Positions 1 through 13,992 of a DNA stretch of 64,000 nt are shown here, piece after piece. Numbering within the stretch: the first letter of the stretch is position 1; each line of letters begins with the position of its first letter. This DNA comes from Heptranchias perlo (lineage: Eukaryota): the NCBI RefSeq assembly GCF_035084215.1, contig NC_090357.1:8246001-8310000 (forward strand), given 5' to 3'. Under the pieces are notes generated by a model that was not told where the DNA came from, made no database searches, and saw nothing but the letters and a program-made list of their open reading frames with translations. A program made the translations under genes and the position numbers.

Positions 1-2085
1 TTATATATGAGGATGAAAAATCCAATTTTATGGGAGAATGCCTGTTTTTCTCTGTAATTAACCATTCATTAACAAAATTGCATTCTCAGAAAAATCAGCT
101 TTAAAGTCCCGCATAGCTGCAACTTCGTTACAAGTTTTTTTACATTACAGCGAAAAGCGGGAATTCTCCAGTTCGTTAAAGGGGAATTCTGTGTCCAAAT
201 CACGGTTTTATAACAAAACCTCATTTCCATTTTGTTTCAATATTTAGAAGTAATTTTAAAATGCACTAATTGCACATAACCGAATAACTGAATTTGCAAT
301 ACAGAAGCCACACTAACCCATCTATTGGTGTTTACCTCTTCAACGGACCTATCTATTCTAATCCATTCGTTGTTTACATCGAAATCGTAAACACGTGTGT
401 GCAGATCTGAGTTGAAACAGTGCCTTTGCCTCTTGGGAATTATGGAATCGTCCCGAAATGAACCGGGACAGGCCGTATATTTTCCAGATATCGTCGGGGA
501 AATTATTTCCCAGCCGAACGCTCCAAAAAAAATATCATAAACATCAATAGAGCGGTCACGGAATCCGGATGACTTTGCAAAATAAATTTACGTCGTCAAT
601 TACATGTCGATTTCAGAATTGCGGTAAAGCAGCATTTCATTGCACATTATCATTTATTTCAGATTTCAGATCATTTTCGGGAATAAAAAGGTTTATCAAG
701 AAGTGAGAACAGCGGGAAGACTCCGCTTTAAGGACATAATAAAAACGGGTTAATATATATTTTCTAGATAAACCACCAGTCCGGGAATCTCCGTGTAGTG
801 GGTGAAAAGTGGAACCATAGGGGACAGATTTATATGTAAATCAAACTGTAAAAAATCCAAGGATTCAGTGTGAGCACTTCCCAGTAAATTATTACAACAA
901 ACCGAATGGCGCCAGGACTTTCAAACATGCAAAAAAAAACTTTAATTTTGTTGGAACGGAAACAATTCTCAACAGCTTTTAGCTATGATTAAATGACTAA
1001 GACCTCCAGTAAAAGTCTATTCTTAATTCAAAGTGGCTTAGGTTGGTTCTTATATTGCTTACAAAAATTGAATTATTCAAAAATTGGAATTTAGGACTGT
1101 AAACAGAGAAAAGAGGGAATTTAGTGCTAAAATTGGAAATGATCAGATGCTTTGAATTAAGCAACTTTGAATTAAGAGTAGACAAATTTAAAAGTAATTA
1201 TCTGATACAAAATATCAACAAATGTCAATTTACATGCTTTTCTGGTGGTTTCAAATTATTCAATATCATTGTATTCTTTCCAAATTTATTACAAGTTAAA
1301 GCAGATTGCCTCTACATTTGTTGAGGTATGTTTTGAGGATTTATTTGAGGCAGCCCTTATACCCTGCAACTGTAACCACCGTTAACCATTTACCAGCTCA
1401 ACATTTCATTTAAAGCAAATAATCTCGGGTCTGTTGCCCGACACACATCACTTTTCAATCTCCTCATATTACAGCACGACAGTTGCTCGAAATTATACTT
1501 GAAAAAAGAATGATTAACATAGCAGCAGATCCTCTAAAATAATTGTCTTGGTCAATAAAACAAACTTTCTGTTGCAGTAGTTTTCTAAGCACTATTATTT
1601 TAAAAGTATACCAATGGGATGTAGCACAAAACATATAAACCTCTGACCCTGTGGTACACAGAGCTAAGCTATTTTCTCCCTGTGGGTTGTTTTCTGCCAT
1701 TAAAATTTATAACTAATTAGTGTACTGTCAATTGTTCCCTATGAATGATTATGTTATGATTGTTTGCTTTATTTTCCAACTTTCCACTCCCTCATCCTTC
1801 CCCTGCAGATAGTGTCAGCCATTTGCTGGAGTGGGGTCCCATGAGAGTCAGGTACCCACCAGTACCGTGCTCAAGCACCGAATGACCACCTGTGAATCTT
1901 GACAGTGAGCTCCAGCAAGCTATCCCGACTGTTGAGGCCAATTCTGCCCCTACCTAGGATCCACAAACGTGCAGTTCCACGAGGGTTGCTGCATAACATT
2001 TAGGAGTTGGATCGTAAGACTTTTAGCAAACATAATCAACCATATTCAATAATTATAAGAACGAGCGGTAATGAGTAATACTTAC

Positions 2086-2110
2086 CAGTTTCCATGGCGC
2101 TGAACAAATA
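2086..2110 (-). other. candidate small exon of an unidentified gene (GCGCCATGGAAACTG|gtaagt)
   Basis: ttgcag acceptor, strong Kozak ATG at 2095, consensus donor. Confidence 0.35.
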
Positions 2111-3296
2111 CTGCAATTCTTTCAAAAAATCAAAATGATATTTGGCTTTTTTTAATTTTAAAAATAAGTAATTTTGTTTACAAAGACTTCCACCAATCAG
2201 TGTTACAACTTTGGGAACATTGTACCCCTGCGAAATGCACTGTAGGTCTGCTAAAACTTATTTCCCATTTATATTAATACAATACAGCGAATAGTTTGAC
2301 CTTTTGCAATTTGTTTAAATGCAAATATTCTTGCCAGCAGTTGATTTTCTGGAATTTGCATTAACATTATAGATGGTTGGAAGGTAGTCAAACGCAGAAT
2401 TAGTCTTTTGGTTCCTGTTTCAAAGTGCTAATACGTACATTTTTTTTTGGAAAATGTATCTTTATCTCCTGTCAGATTATAAAGCAATAGTTTCTGTGTA
2501 TTAAACAATTCATGTTTAACAGGTGCAGGCCAGAGGGTCCCAGGTCTGATCTCTGCTCTGTGCTGACTTCGCTGTTCTCAGTCAGAGCAACAGTCAGAGC
2601 ACAGAAATGGCCACAGAGCTCCAGGGTTCGGGAAGGGAAAAATAGTCCTGGTTTCTGCTCCTGATCACTATGCAGGTGGGTGATGCAAAAACATTCTACC
2701 TTATTTAGTCCTCTTAACCTACTTTGAATCTTGCTCTCTTTTCTCTCTGTTACTAACTGATCATTTTATAATCACGCTAAAGTGTCTACTGAGATGTAGC
2801 TGGTATTACCTACATGTCATTCACAGAGTGTCACGCAATTCCTCCTTAAACCCCCAAAATGAAGCTTTCTAGAGAAAAGTTTATATATAACCCTAAGTAA
2901 AGATTTGCGCTGTATCCTTCACATTGTGTCAAGAATTTAAAATGGCCACTGAGGGTCAAAGTTAAGGAGATGTTGAGGGAGTTTGGCAAGTTATGTTTGT
3001 GATATCCTTAAACTCACTTTTGGTCTTTGGATGCCAACCTAACTTCCATTTGCAATGTTGTGAATAAGAAGGTAAACAACATGCGTCAGAAAGCAGCTGA
3101 AAGATATTACTCTCTTCCTGTCTTTGTTTTTATGAGATCATGGGAACAAGTAAAGACCCTTTCAGCCCATCGAGCTCACTCCATCATCTACACCCCACTT
3201 GAGGATCTGATCTGGACAGTTTTTTTTTCTATCTCAAACCTTTATGCCTTTATTGTTCGCTTAAACCAATTCTTTCTTGGGTGTTTCATCCAAGTC

Positions 3297-3705
3297 AGAC
3301 TGGGGCTCTTTCCTCTAGAAAAGAGAAGGCTGAGGGGTGACCTGATAGAGGTCTTTAAGATTATGACAGGGTTTGATAGGGTAGATGTAGAGAAGATGTT
3401 TCGACTTGTGGGGGAGACCAGTACTAGGGGCCATAAATATAAGATACTCACTAATAAATCCAATGGGGAATTCAGGAGAAACTTCTTTACCCAGAGAGTG
3501 GGTAGAATGTGGAACTCGCTACCACAAGGAGTAGTTGAGGCTACAAGCATGGATGCATTTAAGGGGAAGCTAGATAAACACATGAGGGAGAAAGGAATAG
3601 AAGAATATGCTGATAGGGTTAAATGAAGTAGGGAGAAAGGAGGCTAGTATGGAGCAAAACACTAGCATGGACCTGTTGGGCCGAATGGCCTGTTTCTGTG
3701 CTGTA
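3297..3705 (+). mobile_element. CR1-type LINE 3' fragment
   Basis: LEKRRLRGDLIEVFKIM...TRGHKYK...RRNFFTQRV...WNSLP, the CR1 ORF2 C-terminus, plus 3'UTR. Confidence 0.85.
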
Positions 3706-4260
3706 CAGGAGAACGGTCTCCAAGCAGATCCAAATCCATCTACAATCACTTTCTGCCGGTGGGCTTTCAGCCAGTTCTCAATCCAGTGAAGTGGATCGCC
3801 ACTAATACCTGAGGCTTCAATCTTGTAGAGAAGCTTCCAATGCGAAATCTTATCAAAAGCTTTTAGAAAGTCTAAGTGGACAATGTCTACTGGGTTTCCC
3901 TCATCCACTATCCTGGTGACTTCTCCAAAAAAAAATAATCAAATTAGTAAGACAGGACCTTCTTTTTCTGAAGCCAGGTTGGGTTTCCATGATATGTCCT
4001 TCTCTGTCTTAGCAGCCATATCTTGCATCCCCAATGATTCCCTCAAGCATCTTCCGTATTACTGAAGTCAAGCTAATGGCCGATAGTTACCCCGATCAGT
4101 CTTATCTCCCTTTTTAAAGATTGGAACTGCATTAGCCTCCTTCCAATCTAAGGGAATAGTCCCAGAGTCCAGCGAGCTTTAAAAATACAGGTAAAGGGCT
4201 CGCACAGTACCTGTCCCATCTCCTTGAGGACCCTCTGGTGGATATCACCGGACCAGCTAT
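3706..4260 (-). mobile_element. CR1 reverse-transcriptase fragment
   Basis: DEGNPVDIVHLDFLKAFDKISH...WIENWL..RQKVIVDG. Confidence 0.85.
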
Positions 4261-4956
4261 TTTAAGGTTCCTAATTCATTGGCTATAAACTGCTTTGGAA
4301 CATCCTACAAACGGAAAGGTTTTATGTAAGTGCAAGCTTTTCATTCCCTTGTTACAGATTCACCAACCAGTGGAAACAATCTTTCACTGTTTTCACTCTC
4401 AAAACTTTTCATAATTTTGAAAACCTCTATTAGATTTCCCCATTAACCTTCTTTATTTGAACGAAAAAAATTTTCAAGCTATAACTGAACCTTCTCATTC
4501 TTATTACTCTGTAATTCCACATCCCTCTAGCGTAAAAACATTTTGTTTCAAGCCTTCCCCTCATTTTCTTAATTCCTTAGCCAGAGGATACTGTGACTAA
4601 TTACAGCACCTAAGTACAGTCCAGTGTATATCAGTTAACTGAGTACAGACAGGGGACTGAGCCCAGGAGCTGTTGTTCTGTGTAGTGCAAATGTCACACA
4701 ATGCAGTGCCTTTAATCATTAAGCCAGTGGGGGAACCAGGGCTGTAGGCAGCAAATTCAGAATTCTACTCACCCTTTCTATATGCTGTCCCCTTCCTCTC
4801 CCATGACCATTTCTAGAGGGGGCCTGCGACACACTGTCCTTCCAATGTTGACTATTTTTACATTAAAAATAGTGCATTCAGGTTCATTTTAAACACTTTT
4901 TAAATCCCACATTTGATGGATATTTAATCTTAAAAAAAAAGAGACATTTGTTTTTA

Positions 4957-5655
4957 AGAATATAGGAGCAGGAGGAGGCCATTCAGCCGCTGGAGCCTGT
5001 TCCACCATTCAATGAGATCATGGCTGATCTGTATCCTAACTCCATTTATCCTCCTTGACTCCATATCCCATAATACCCTTGGCTAGCAAAAATCTATCGA
5101 TCTCAGGTTTAAAGTTATTAATTGAGCGAGCATCTGCTGCTTTTTATGGGAGGGAGTTCCACACTTCTACCACCCTATGTGTGAAGTGTTTCTAACTTCT
5201 CTCCTGAATGGCCTGGCTCTGATTTAAAGGTTATGTCCCTTTGTCCTAGGCTCTCCCACCAGCAGAAAAAGCTTCTCTCTATCTACCCTATCAATTCCTT
5301 TCAAAATCCTAAAAACATGTATCAAATCACCCCTTAGCCTTCTATATTCCAGGGAATACAAGCCTAGTTTATGTAATCTCTCCTCATAATTTAACCTGCC
5401 ATTCAATTAGATCATGGCTGATCTGTATCTTAACTCCCTCTACCTGCCTTGGTTCTGTAACCCTTAATACCCTTACCTAAAAAAAAATCTATCAATCTCA
5501 GTTTTTAATTTTTCAATTGACCCCCAGCCTCAACAGCTTTTTGACAAGAGAGATTCAGATTTGCACTACCCTTCGTGTGAAAAAGTGCTTCCTGACATCA
5601 CCCCTGAAAAGCCTAGCTCTAATTTTAAGGTTCTGCCCCTTGTTCTGGACTCCTC
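4957..5655 (-). mobile_element. two adjacent CR1 3' fragments
   Basis: YEERLHKLGLYSLEYRRLRGDLI...TKGHNL; CR1 3' tails. Confidence 0.8.
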
Positions 5656-6254
5656 TCTCAATTTTCAATAGAGCAAGCATATCATCATTCCCCAAAACTA
5701 ACTCAAAAGTCATTCCCTTCCTTCACTGGGAGATTCTTCTTCCCCTTCAAAGAGGCACTCCCTCCTTCCCATTCCCCCAGTTCACAGAGACACATTCTTC
5801 CTGTAATTTCTTCCCCCATTTCACAAAGCTACTCTCCTCCTCTAACTCTCCCCACCCAGAAGCACACTCTCCAAATCTAAGGCCCCTCCAGTTCGCTAAG
5901 GAAGTCCCCCCAGTTTGCAGATTTACTCAAACTTCAACAGCTTGGGATGTTCTGAAACATTTGCGAATTAAATTTTGCCCTGACTCGAACAACCTTGTGC
6001 TTTTTAATCTTATTTTCTTGCTGATTAGGACCAAGGCAAATGTGCAGAGATGGTGTAAATTTTCTATTTCCCTGTGGAGTCGAGTGAAAACATTTAAAAT
6101 GAGTGCAATACCTTGGCTAAGCTATATTTGGGTTGTCCTCCCCATGCCAGTTAGTGTGGCAATGTCACTTTGAAATTTATTTGGGAGTGGGGACCCCACA
6201 GGAAGGTCACCCTGATATTATCAAAGATATCAGGTGGGTTCGGTCTTTCACCTG

Positions 6255-6710
6255 TATCAGCCATGGCTCAGTGAGTAGCACTCTTGTTTAAGTCAGAAGT
6301 TTGTGGGTTCAAGACCCCGTCCAGAGACTTGAGCACAAAATTCAGGCTAATACTCCAATGCAGTATTGAGGGAGTACTGCACTGTTGAAGGTGCTGTCTT
6401 TTGGATATATACATTAACCCAAGGCCCCGCCTGCCCTCTCAAGTGGGCGTAGAAGATCCCATGACACTATTTCGAAGAAGAGCAAGGGAGTTATCCCTGG
6501 TGTCCTAGCCAACATTTATCCCTCCAGTAAAACAGATTATCAGGTCATTATCACATTGCTGTTTGTGGGAGCTTGCTGTGCACAAATTGGCTGCCTCTTT
6601 TCATACATTACAACAGTGACTACACTTCAAAAGTACCCCACTGATTGTAAAGCGCTTTGGGACATCCTGAGGTCATGAAAGGTGCTATATAAATGCAAGT
6701 CTTTCTTTTC
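6255..6710 (+). mobile_element. tRNA-derived DeuSINE (SacSINE1-like), near full length
   Basis: A/B-box-like head (tggctcagtg...gggttcaag), Deu core (cattgctgtttgtgggagcttgctgtgcacaaattggctgc), L2-like tail (ggtgctatataaatgcaagt). Confidence 0.8.
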
Positions 6711-7069
6711 CAAAGTGATATTATTAGCCTATCATCTTTGGTTGTTTTTGAGGCAGGATGGTAGGGTGAAAGAAATCTAGAGATTTCAATCGGGTCTCAA
6801 TTATAAGTATCAGCTAGGCTCCGATACCCCTCAGATAGCTTGCTGACACTCACTGTCTAGGCTCACACATGAACAATGGCCACTAAGGTGAAGTACCAGA
6901 CACTTCCACATGTATATACCAGCAGAGATCAACACCAGCAGGAGCTGAGCTTTCAGAGCAATGGCATCCTGTCAATCTTTATGGTTTTACTTTGTTTCCT
7001 CTTTTTCTCCTGAAGGTGCTGGCACAATCCTAATTTATATGTAAAAGCCTGGCGTTTTTTAGAAAGTAA

Positions 7070-7530
7070 GAAAGAACTTGCATTTATTGGAGCGCCTTTC
7101 ACGTCCTCAGAATGTCCCAAAGCACTTTACAGCCAATTAAGTACTTTTGAAGTGTAGTCACTGTTGTAATGTAGGAGATGCGGCAGCAATTTGTGCACAG
7201 CAAGATCCCAGAAACAGCGATGTGATAATGACCAAATATTCTGTTTTAGTGTTGTTGATTGAGGGGTAAATATTGACTCAGAACACTGTGGAGAACTCCC
7301 CAGCTCTTCTTCAAATAGTGCCAAGCGGTCTTTTATAGCCACCTGAGAGGGCAGACGGGTCTTTGGTTTAACATCTCATCCAAAAGACTGCACTTCTGAC
7401 AGTGCAGCGCTCCTTCGATACTGCACTGGAGTGTCAGCCTGAACTTTTTGCTCAAGTCTCTGAAGTAGGGCTGGAACCCACAACCTTCTGAATCAGAGAT
7501 GAGAGCGTTATGACTGAGCCACGATTAACA
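7070..7530 (-). mobile_element. DeuSINE (SacSINE1-like)
   Basis: Reverse complement of the 6255-6710 family. Confidence 0.8.
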
Positions 7531-7666
7531 CCTTCCTAGAATTCTTTTTGTCAACACTACCACAATGAGCCATGTATATTATACCATGTACACTGTATAC
7601 AATGAGTGTGATGTATGTCAATGTGTTTTAAGAACAATTGCATTGAAAAAGAGGCAAGACGGTTAA

Positions 7667-7667
<1 letters not shown>

Positions 7668-7700
<33 letters not shown>
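7668..7700. repeat. (TA)n microsatellite
   Basis: Direct reading. Confidence 0.95.
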
Positions 7701-7703
<3 letters not shown>

Positions 7704-10199
7704 GTACTCTATAAACACTATACTCAATGTTTATGCCCCTGAGGAGTGTGGATGGGATAATTGCAGGAAATTAAAAGCACAGACACCCATCAAGCTGTTG
7801 TTGAAGAGTTGGGCAGCATGGTAATTAAAGAAGGGGGAGAACCAATGATGGGCTTATCAAGTGAGGGAGATGGAGTGAAGCAGCTTATTGCTCAGTTGAA
7901 ATGGACCTCTGTGCACTCACTGTGGGAGACTCATGCTGGGAGAACAAAAATAGTCCCATTAGTGAAACAACCCATCACTTCTCAGCCTACACGTGTGGCA
8001 TAAATACAGGTTATATCTCTAGTGACAGCAAATCTGGCAGTTCTTTGACAAGAACAATGGTTTCTCCCAGTCAATAAAGTACATCAGAAATTAATTCTGT
8101 CCTTTTTTATTCATGGGCATGTGGTAGGACTAAAGTAGTTGCTTAAAGGGCAACATTAATGTGGGGATACGTAGCATTGATGGTAGACACTTACCCCGTG
8201 GATTAGTCATAGGGACTGTTCTGCGGAGCAATAATCTTTTCAAGTAACTTTATATCTAAGGGTTAGTGGAGACCCATATTGTCTCTATTTAGTTGTTTCA
8301 GTGGACAAACAGTCTGGGGTGCTGAAGGACAAAGCAATCCACTTTGGGCGTGTCAGCCTCCCTTCACGGTTGTCACTCAAACTGTTAGTATGATTTCCGA
8401 ACAATAATGTGCTGCATTTTTTTTAACTGTATCCACTGCTGACTACTTAAATACAGTTGCCACAGAGTAAGTCGTTAACCATTCTCATAGTACTTACCCC
8501 GACAGTAATGCCACTTTTAAAAAGAAGTTAATGAAACTGATACTGGCCAGTGAACAATCTTTCAGAGTTATTACTTTGGAATTTTCATACATATGAGGTT
8601 TGCAGTAAAATTGCCCACAATACCCATAAGCTGTAAACTGTAAGCCTTAACTGTAAAAACTGTAACTGTAAACACAAGTGGAAGAGTTACAGTGATAGTA
8701 CGAGGAATTAACTGCTAGACATCTACTTTGCTTATGTCACCTAAAATATATTATCTCTAAACAAGTGAGGTGTAGCAGTGCAAAGAACCTTATCAAAGCT
8801 AACGTTGGGGCTGCACAGACCAACCCTAACAAGCTGGCAATAAATCTTGTCAACATGTTAGATAATTAGCAATTTAAATCCAGTCTTTACTACTTGTAAA
8901 GGATATGGGCCAAGTTATATATCAAGGTGCATCATGGTGCTCACTGTATTTTGCGACATTTCCCTTTCTGTGCTGCGCTGATATGTGCATTTTATCTCTA
9001 TTGGGTATTTTCTCTCAAATTAAGATTTTATTTACAACAAAAAAGTGCTTTTAAAGTGTCGATGTTGTGCCTCATTTTTGGGGTTGTCAAGATTGCGATT
9101 GTGTCGCTAATTGTTCAGCTATTCACTGCTTTCACAAATTTAATGAGAAAATGCTGTGTGACATGGAAAAAGGAGATTTGAAGTATTGTGGCTACAACAT
9201 CTGGACTGTGCAAAAAATAACAATTACGCTCACCTATATTACCAGCTACTGTCCGACTGCGAGAGCAACTTTCCACGATTCTCTTTCTCTCTGTCACCTT
9301 ATATTATTTTTCTCCTTTATTCCGTTGTCCGACACACTCATTCATACACTGGCCTTATCTTTAGCCATCTGCCAAACTCAGTTTCTACGAATTGCTCCTC
9401 ATGATCTCTGTCCTTTAGCACCTTTCCGTCGATTCTCCGCCCACTTTAGTGCTCACCCTATTTTCCGACATCATTTCCATTGGATGTGAAAAGCACCCAT
9501 CCATTTTTGAGTCATGCTGTGCAAATGAGGTGGTAATAACATGGTGACATCATACATCATACATATTGCCATTTCCTCTTCATTTGTGCTGGTATAAAAT
9601 TGGTATCCCAGGTTGCTGGGTGGGTTGTTAAGCACTGCAGAAAAGGTGGGAGTGAATTTAAAGAGCCCAGGAGCTATTTTTATAAGATTTCCAGAAATCA
9701 TATTTGGTGATTTTTGGGGAAGTTCATGTTACTGTTTTCCCAACTGCCTTGGTATGTTTGGCCAGGAGGCTGCCCAGTTGGGTGCTGTGGGGTTGGTTAC
9801 TATCTCTTGCTGCACGTCTAGAGGAGGAAAGGAGGAAGAAAGGTTAGAACAGTTTTCTGAGGAGTGGAGCTCACGCCACTTTCAGTAGAAGGAGCAACAT
9901 GAGGGTTTCATGATATGGTTCATCACAAATAGAGCAGAGCATAGTAAGGAGAGGAGAAAGAGAAACAGAGCGTCATGGCAACACTTCAGTTGACACCATC
10001 GCCTCCGATGTTCCCATCATTGACACACTTTGTGACTTCCTTTCCCAGCATCTGCAAGGCTTCCGCCTCATATGAAGTGAGATCTTAGGTGTGAGGGACT
10101 GTCACCTGTCACTAATTTCTCCCAGTTGTTATGGGCTGGCATCTCCTAGAAAATGAGTGAAAAACATGAAACTTACCTTCTGTTCCTAGGGCACAGAAT

Positions 10200-10430
10200 A
10201 ACAACAACAATAACTTGCATTTATATAGCACCTTTACCATAGTAAAACCTCCCAAGGTGCTTCAGAGGAGTGTAATCAGGCAAAAATTGACACTGAACTA
10301 GGAGATATTAGAACAGGTGACCCAAAGCTTGGTCAAAGAGATAGGTTTTAAGGAGCATCTTAAAGGAAGAGAAAGAGGTAGAGAGACGAAGGAGTTTGGT
10401 TGGGAATTCCAGATGTCTGCATATAGCCCA
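10200..10430 (-). mobile_element. L2 LINE 3' end
   Basis: aacaacaataacttgcatttatatagc tail; PLRCSLKPISLTKL-like remnant. Confidence 0.7.
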
Positions 10431-11270
10431 TAGTAGGTGCGATGAATGGTGAATACAACAAGCAATTGGAGTGTGAGGGGGAGGTCACTGCAAGTAGCAC
10501 ACATGCTTAATACAGTGTGTTCTTGAAAGTTTGACTGACTCCTCTGAACCTTCCAAAACCTGGGAACGTCATTAAACTTTTTCCGGCATAGACTGGCTCT
10601 ACGTGGTATAGTTTCACTGGCCCTCACTGTTCTGACCACTTCCTACCACTGCCCCTCAGAGGCTCATCTTGGGGCCGCTCTCTGTTTCAAAGAAGGTCTT
10701 ACTCTTCAACCTAACCTCCTGTAGCTGCAGTTCAAAGTGCTAATGCAAAAAGCAGGGCACTGCTCTGCAGCAGACCTCTTCAACATTTGGACAAGAATAA
10801 ATTGGTTTCTTGCAGCCAGAATAATGATGATGATGCCTGCCCTTTAAAGTCACGGCATGCCTTTAAATCCTGCAGCAGCAAACCTTTTCCCATCGTCCCA
10901 ATCAGGGATCAGCGTAACTATTCATATGAGCCTGATCCTGGAAGTTACAGCAGGGTCAAAGTTCATGACATCTGGCAGGTACCATTCACCGCTGTCACAT
11001 TTCTGCCGGGAATTTTATCCCGCTGGAAAATCCAGGCTGTTGTGAATTAGCTTTAACACAAAAACATTAATAATGCATTCATGCACAAAACATAAGGATG
11101 AACTTTTTCACATTCTCTGCTCTATGAAGAAAGATGTTAATTAAAAGGAAAGTTGTTTATTCTCTTTTAATCCTGCACTTCTTCCTCTCCCATAATGTTT
11201 CTTCTTTCAGGCAGGAAAATGCACAGCCTGAGATACTGCAGATTCTGCAAGAGACATTCTAGGCTTCTCC

Positions 11271-11900
11271 AAGAGGGTCGGATGGTACAATATGGACAAC
11301 AGATATCCCTAGGAGGGTGGGATGGTATGATATGGGCTACAGACATCTCCAGGAGGGTGGGATGGTATGATATGGGTGACAGATATCCCTAGGAGGGTGG
11401 GATGGTATGATATGGGCTACAGACATCTCCAGGAGGGTGGGATGGTATGATATGGGCAACAGACATCTCCAGGAGGGTCGGATGGTACAATATGGACAAC
11501 AGATATCCCTAGGAGGGTGGGATGGTATGATATGGGCTACAGACATCTCCAGGAGGGTGGGATGGTATGATATGGGCGACAGATATCCCTAGGAGGGTGG
11601 GATGGTATGATATGGGCAACAGATATCTCCAGGAGGGTGGGATGGTATGATATGGGCTACAGACATCTCCAGGAGGGTGGGATGGTATGATATGGGCTAC
11701 AGACATCTGCAGGAGGGTGGGATGGTATGATATGGGCAACAGACATCTCCAGTAGGATGGGATCGTATGATATGGGCTACAGACATCTCCAGTAGGATGG
11801 GATCATAAGATATGAGCTACAGACATCTCCAGTAGGATGGGATCATATGATATGGGCTACAGATATCTCCAGGAGGTGGGATGGTGTGATTTGTGCTGCA
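11271..11900. repeat. 40-bp minisatellite, about 15.5 copies
   Basis: Unit aggagggtgggatggtatgatatgggctacagacatctcc. Confidence 0.97.
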
Positions 11901-12554
11901 GGCTTCACCAAGAGGATACAGTCTGCCTTGGATTTGTCTTCTTCAAAAGTTATAAAGGTCAAAGCCAAAGCCAAATTTGAAACGTAAAATGAAATTTGAA
12001 TCTTCACTTTCAGTATCAATTGAAGGTGACAGTCCTGTTAATTCATTCATGGCTTAAATGTTCTCACACAATCATATGATATCAACATAATTTCATTTGG
12101 AATTCAAACCATACAATCAATCCCAGCTTTACACCATTTATATACATGTATTTACTGTAATATGTTTTGCATGAAGTAATGCTGTTGAATCACTGTTAAA
12201 TTTTGTTGCAATGAAGAAATACTGTTTATTGACTCAATAGTGCCATTTAATATACCAACAACGGAGAAGAATCATTGAGCCTGCAGCAATCCCTTTCTGT
12301 TTGTCCTGAATGATACTGTGAGTGATTGGTTCCATAATCCTGTGACGATTATCCTGGAGATTGTCCAGAGGTATTTGCAGTGAAGTCTCTACTAACCAAA
12401 GAGATGGACATGGATTCTCGTCTCCAGATAGCCTGTCACTCAAATCCATCCAACAGTTTTTGATTAGCCTACTAGATGTTGTCATGTGCAATAATCAAGT
12501 TTTTCATCTCAAGGGAGGAAAAATAATGACATCCATTACTGTACTAGTCTAACT

Positions 12555-12920
12555 CAGCTGTGGCTCAGTGGTAGCACCCTTGCCTCTGAGTCAGGAAGGT
12601 TGTGGGTTCAAGTCCCACCCTAGATGAGCTGTTGAACTGAAGCCCTGCCTGGCTTCTCAGGTAGACATCAAAAATTAATTGCACTGTTTCAAAGAGGAGC
12701 AGGGGAGTTCTCACTGGTGTCCTGGCCAATATTTATCTCTCAACCAACAACACTAAAAAACAGATTATCAGACCATTATGACCTTGCTGTGTGCAAATTG
12801 GCTGCTGTGTTTCCCTACATTACAACAGTAACTGCACTTCAAAAGTACTTAACTGGCTGTAAAGCACTTTGGGACGTCCTGAGGTTGTGAAAGGTGCTAT
12901 ATAAATGCAAGTTCTTTCTA
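12555..12920 (+). mobile_element. DeuSINE, internally deleted
   Basis: Same head, Deu core and tail as 6255-6710. Confidence 0.75.
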
Positions 12921-13992
12921 ACTCCTGACAGTTGGTTCGAGAGGAGCACTGAACACAGAGGACAATGGGGGGGGGGGATCACTGACTTCAACCATCACCA
13001 GGCAAAACTGCAAAGTAAAAACAAGTCTATATGTTTTCATATCCTTTTGACCATGGAGAAGTAACTTAATACAGCTGTGGGCTTTTACATTAATGGAATT
13101 TACACATCATGCTTTAAACTGGAGTGTGAGTGACACAATGTGGTCCATGGCTATTAGAATGGAGGATGCCTCATGTTCTGCAGCATCAGCGTGTAAAGTA
13201 ATGGCTTATATACATGCAGCCTGAAGGAGACAATCTGATTTCACAGCGCAAAGTGCAAATATCTTTAGGACACAGTAACTGGGATATGCAAACATTTTCA
13301 TAAATGTTATAAAAAGGAAAATTGTGAATGTTGAAAATCTAAAAGGTTAATGACTTAGGTGGAACCCTTCATCAGAATGGCCTCTACTTTCAGAGGTTGA
13401 CCTGCTGTTTATTTCTAGAATTTCTGTTTTCGTAAAGTGTATTGTTTGGCATACTGTAATATTCATTGACTGGACTAGAGGCACAACTGTATATAAAAAG
13501 TTGGAGGGGGCAGCTTTGGTGTATGGAGCAGAAAAGGAGAGAGACACGTAGCCACACCGAAAGATATGGCGGGGGGGGGGAGGTGTGGTGCAGGCCGAAT
13601 GAGCTGTCGTTCTCATTCACTCTCCCCTTCCCAGCAGTTTCAACAATGGATTGGACTTACAGAGATAGCACAGTTCAGTCCTCTTGGTGTGCTTGTTTTT
13701 CTTGTATCTGAGCTATCATGCCTGAGGCATTCCCCAGGTGCGTAGAGGCATTTGTTATAAGTCTTCCGGCTTAACATTGCCCATTTGATGTAGAGATAAA
13801 AGCACCTCAAAGTGTATGCAAACTCTGTCAAACAACTTTACAGCCAAATGCTGAGAAATTAGAATTCGGAAACACAGCTGATTTCAGAAGCCATTTAGCC
13901 CATTTTATTTTCCTGGCCATTAATAGTTTTTCATTATAGTTTCTGTTCAATATTTACTTTGACCAAATGTTATGCAATATAGAATATAGAAG

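Noticed and set aside
3027-3626. 199-aa ORF as a host gene
   Set aside because: The C-terminal half is CR1 ORF2 and the N-terminal half is chance read-through.
5517-6173. 218-aa ORF
   Set aside because: Starts in antisense CR1 sequence; no recognisable domain or splice support.
6255-6330. tRNA gene
   Set aside because: It is the tRNA-derived head of a SINE, continuing into the Deu core and L2-like tail.
11271-11900. CRISPR-like array or repetitive ORFs
   Set aside because: Contiguous tandem units with no unique spacers and no cas genes, in a vertebrate context; the ORFs are by-products of the repeat.
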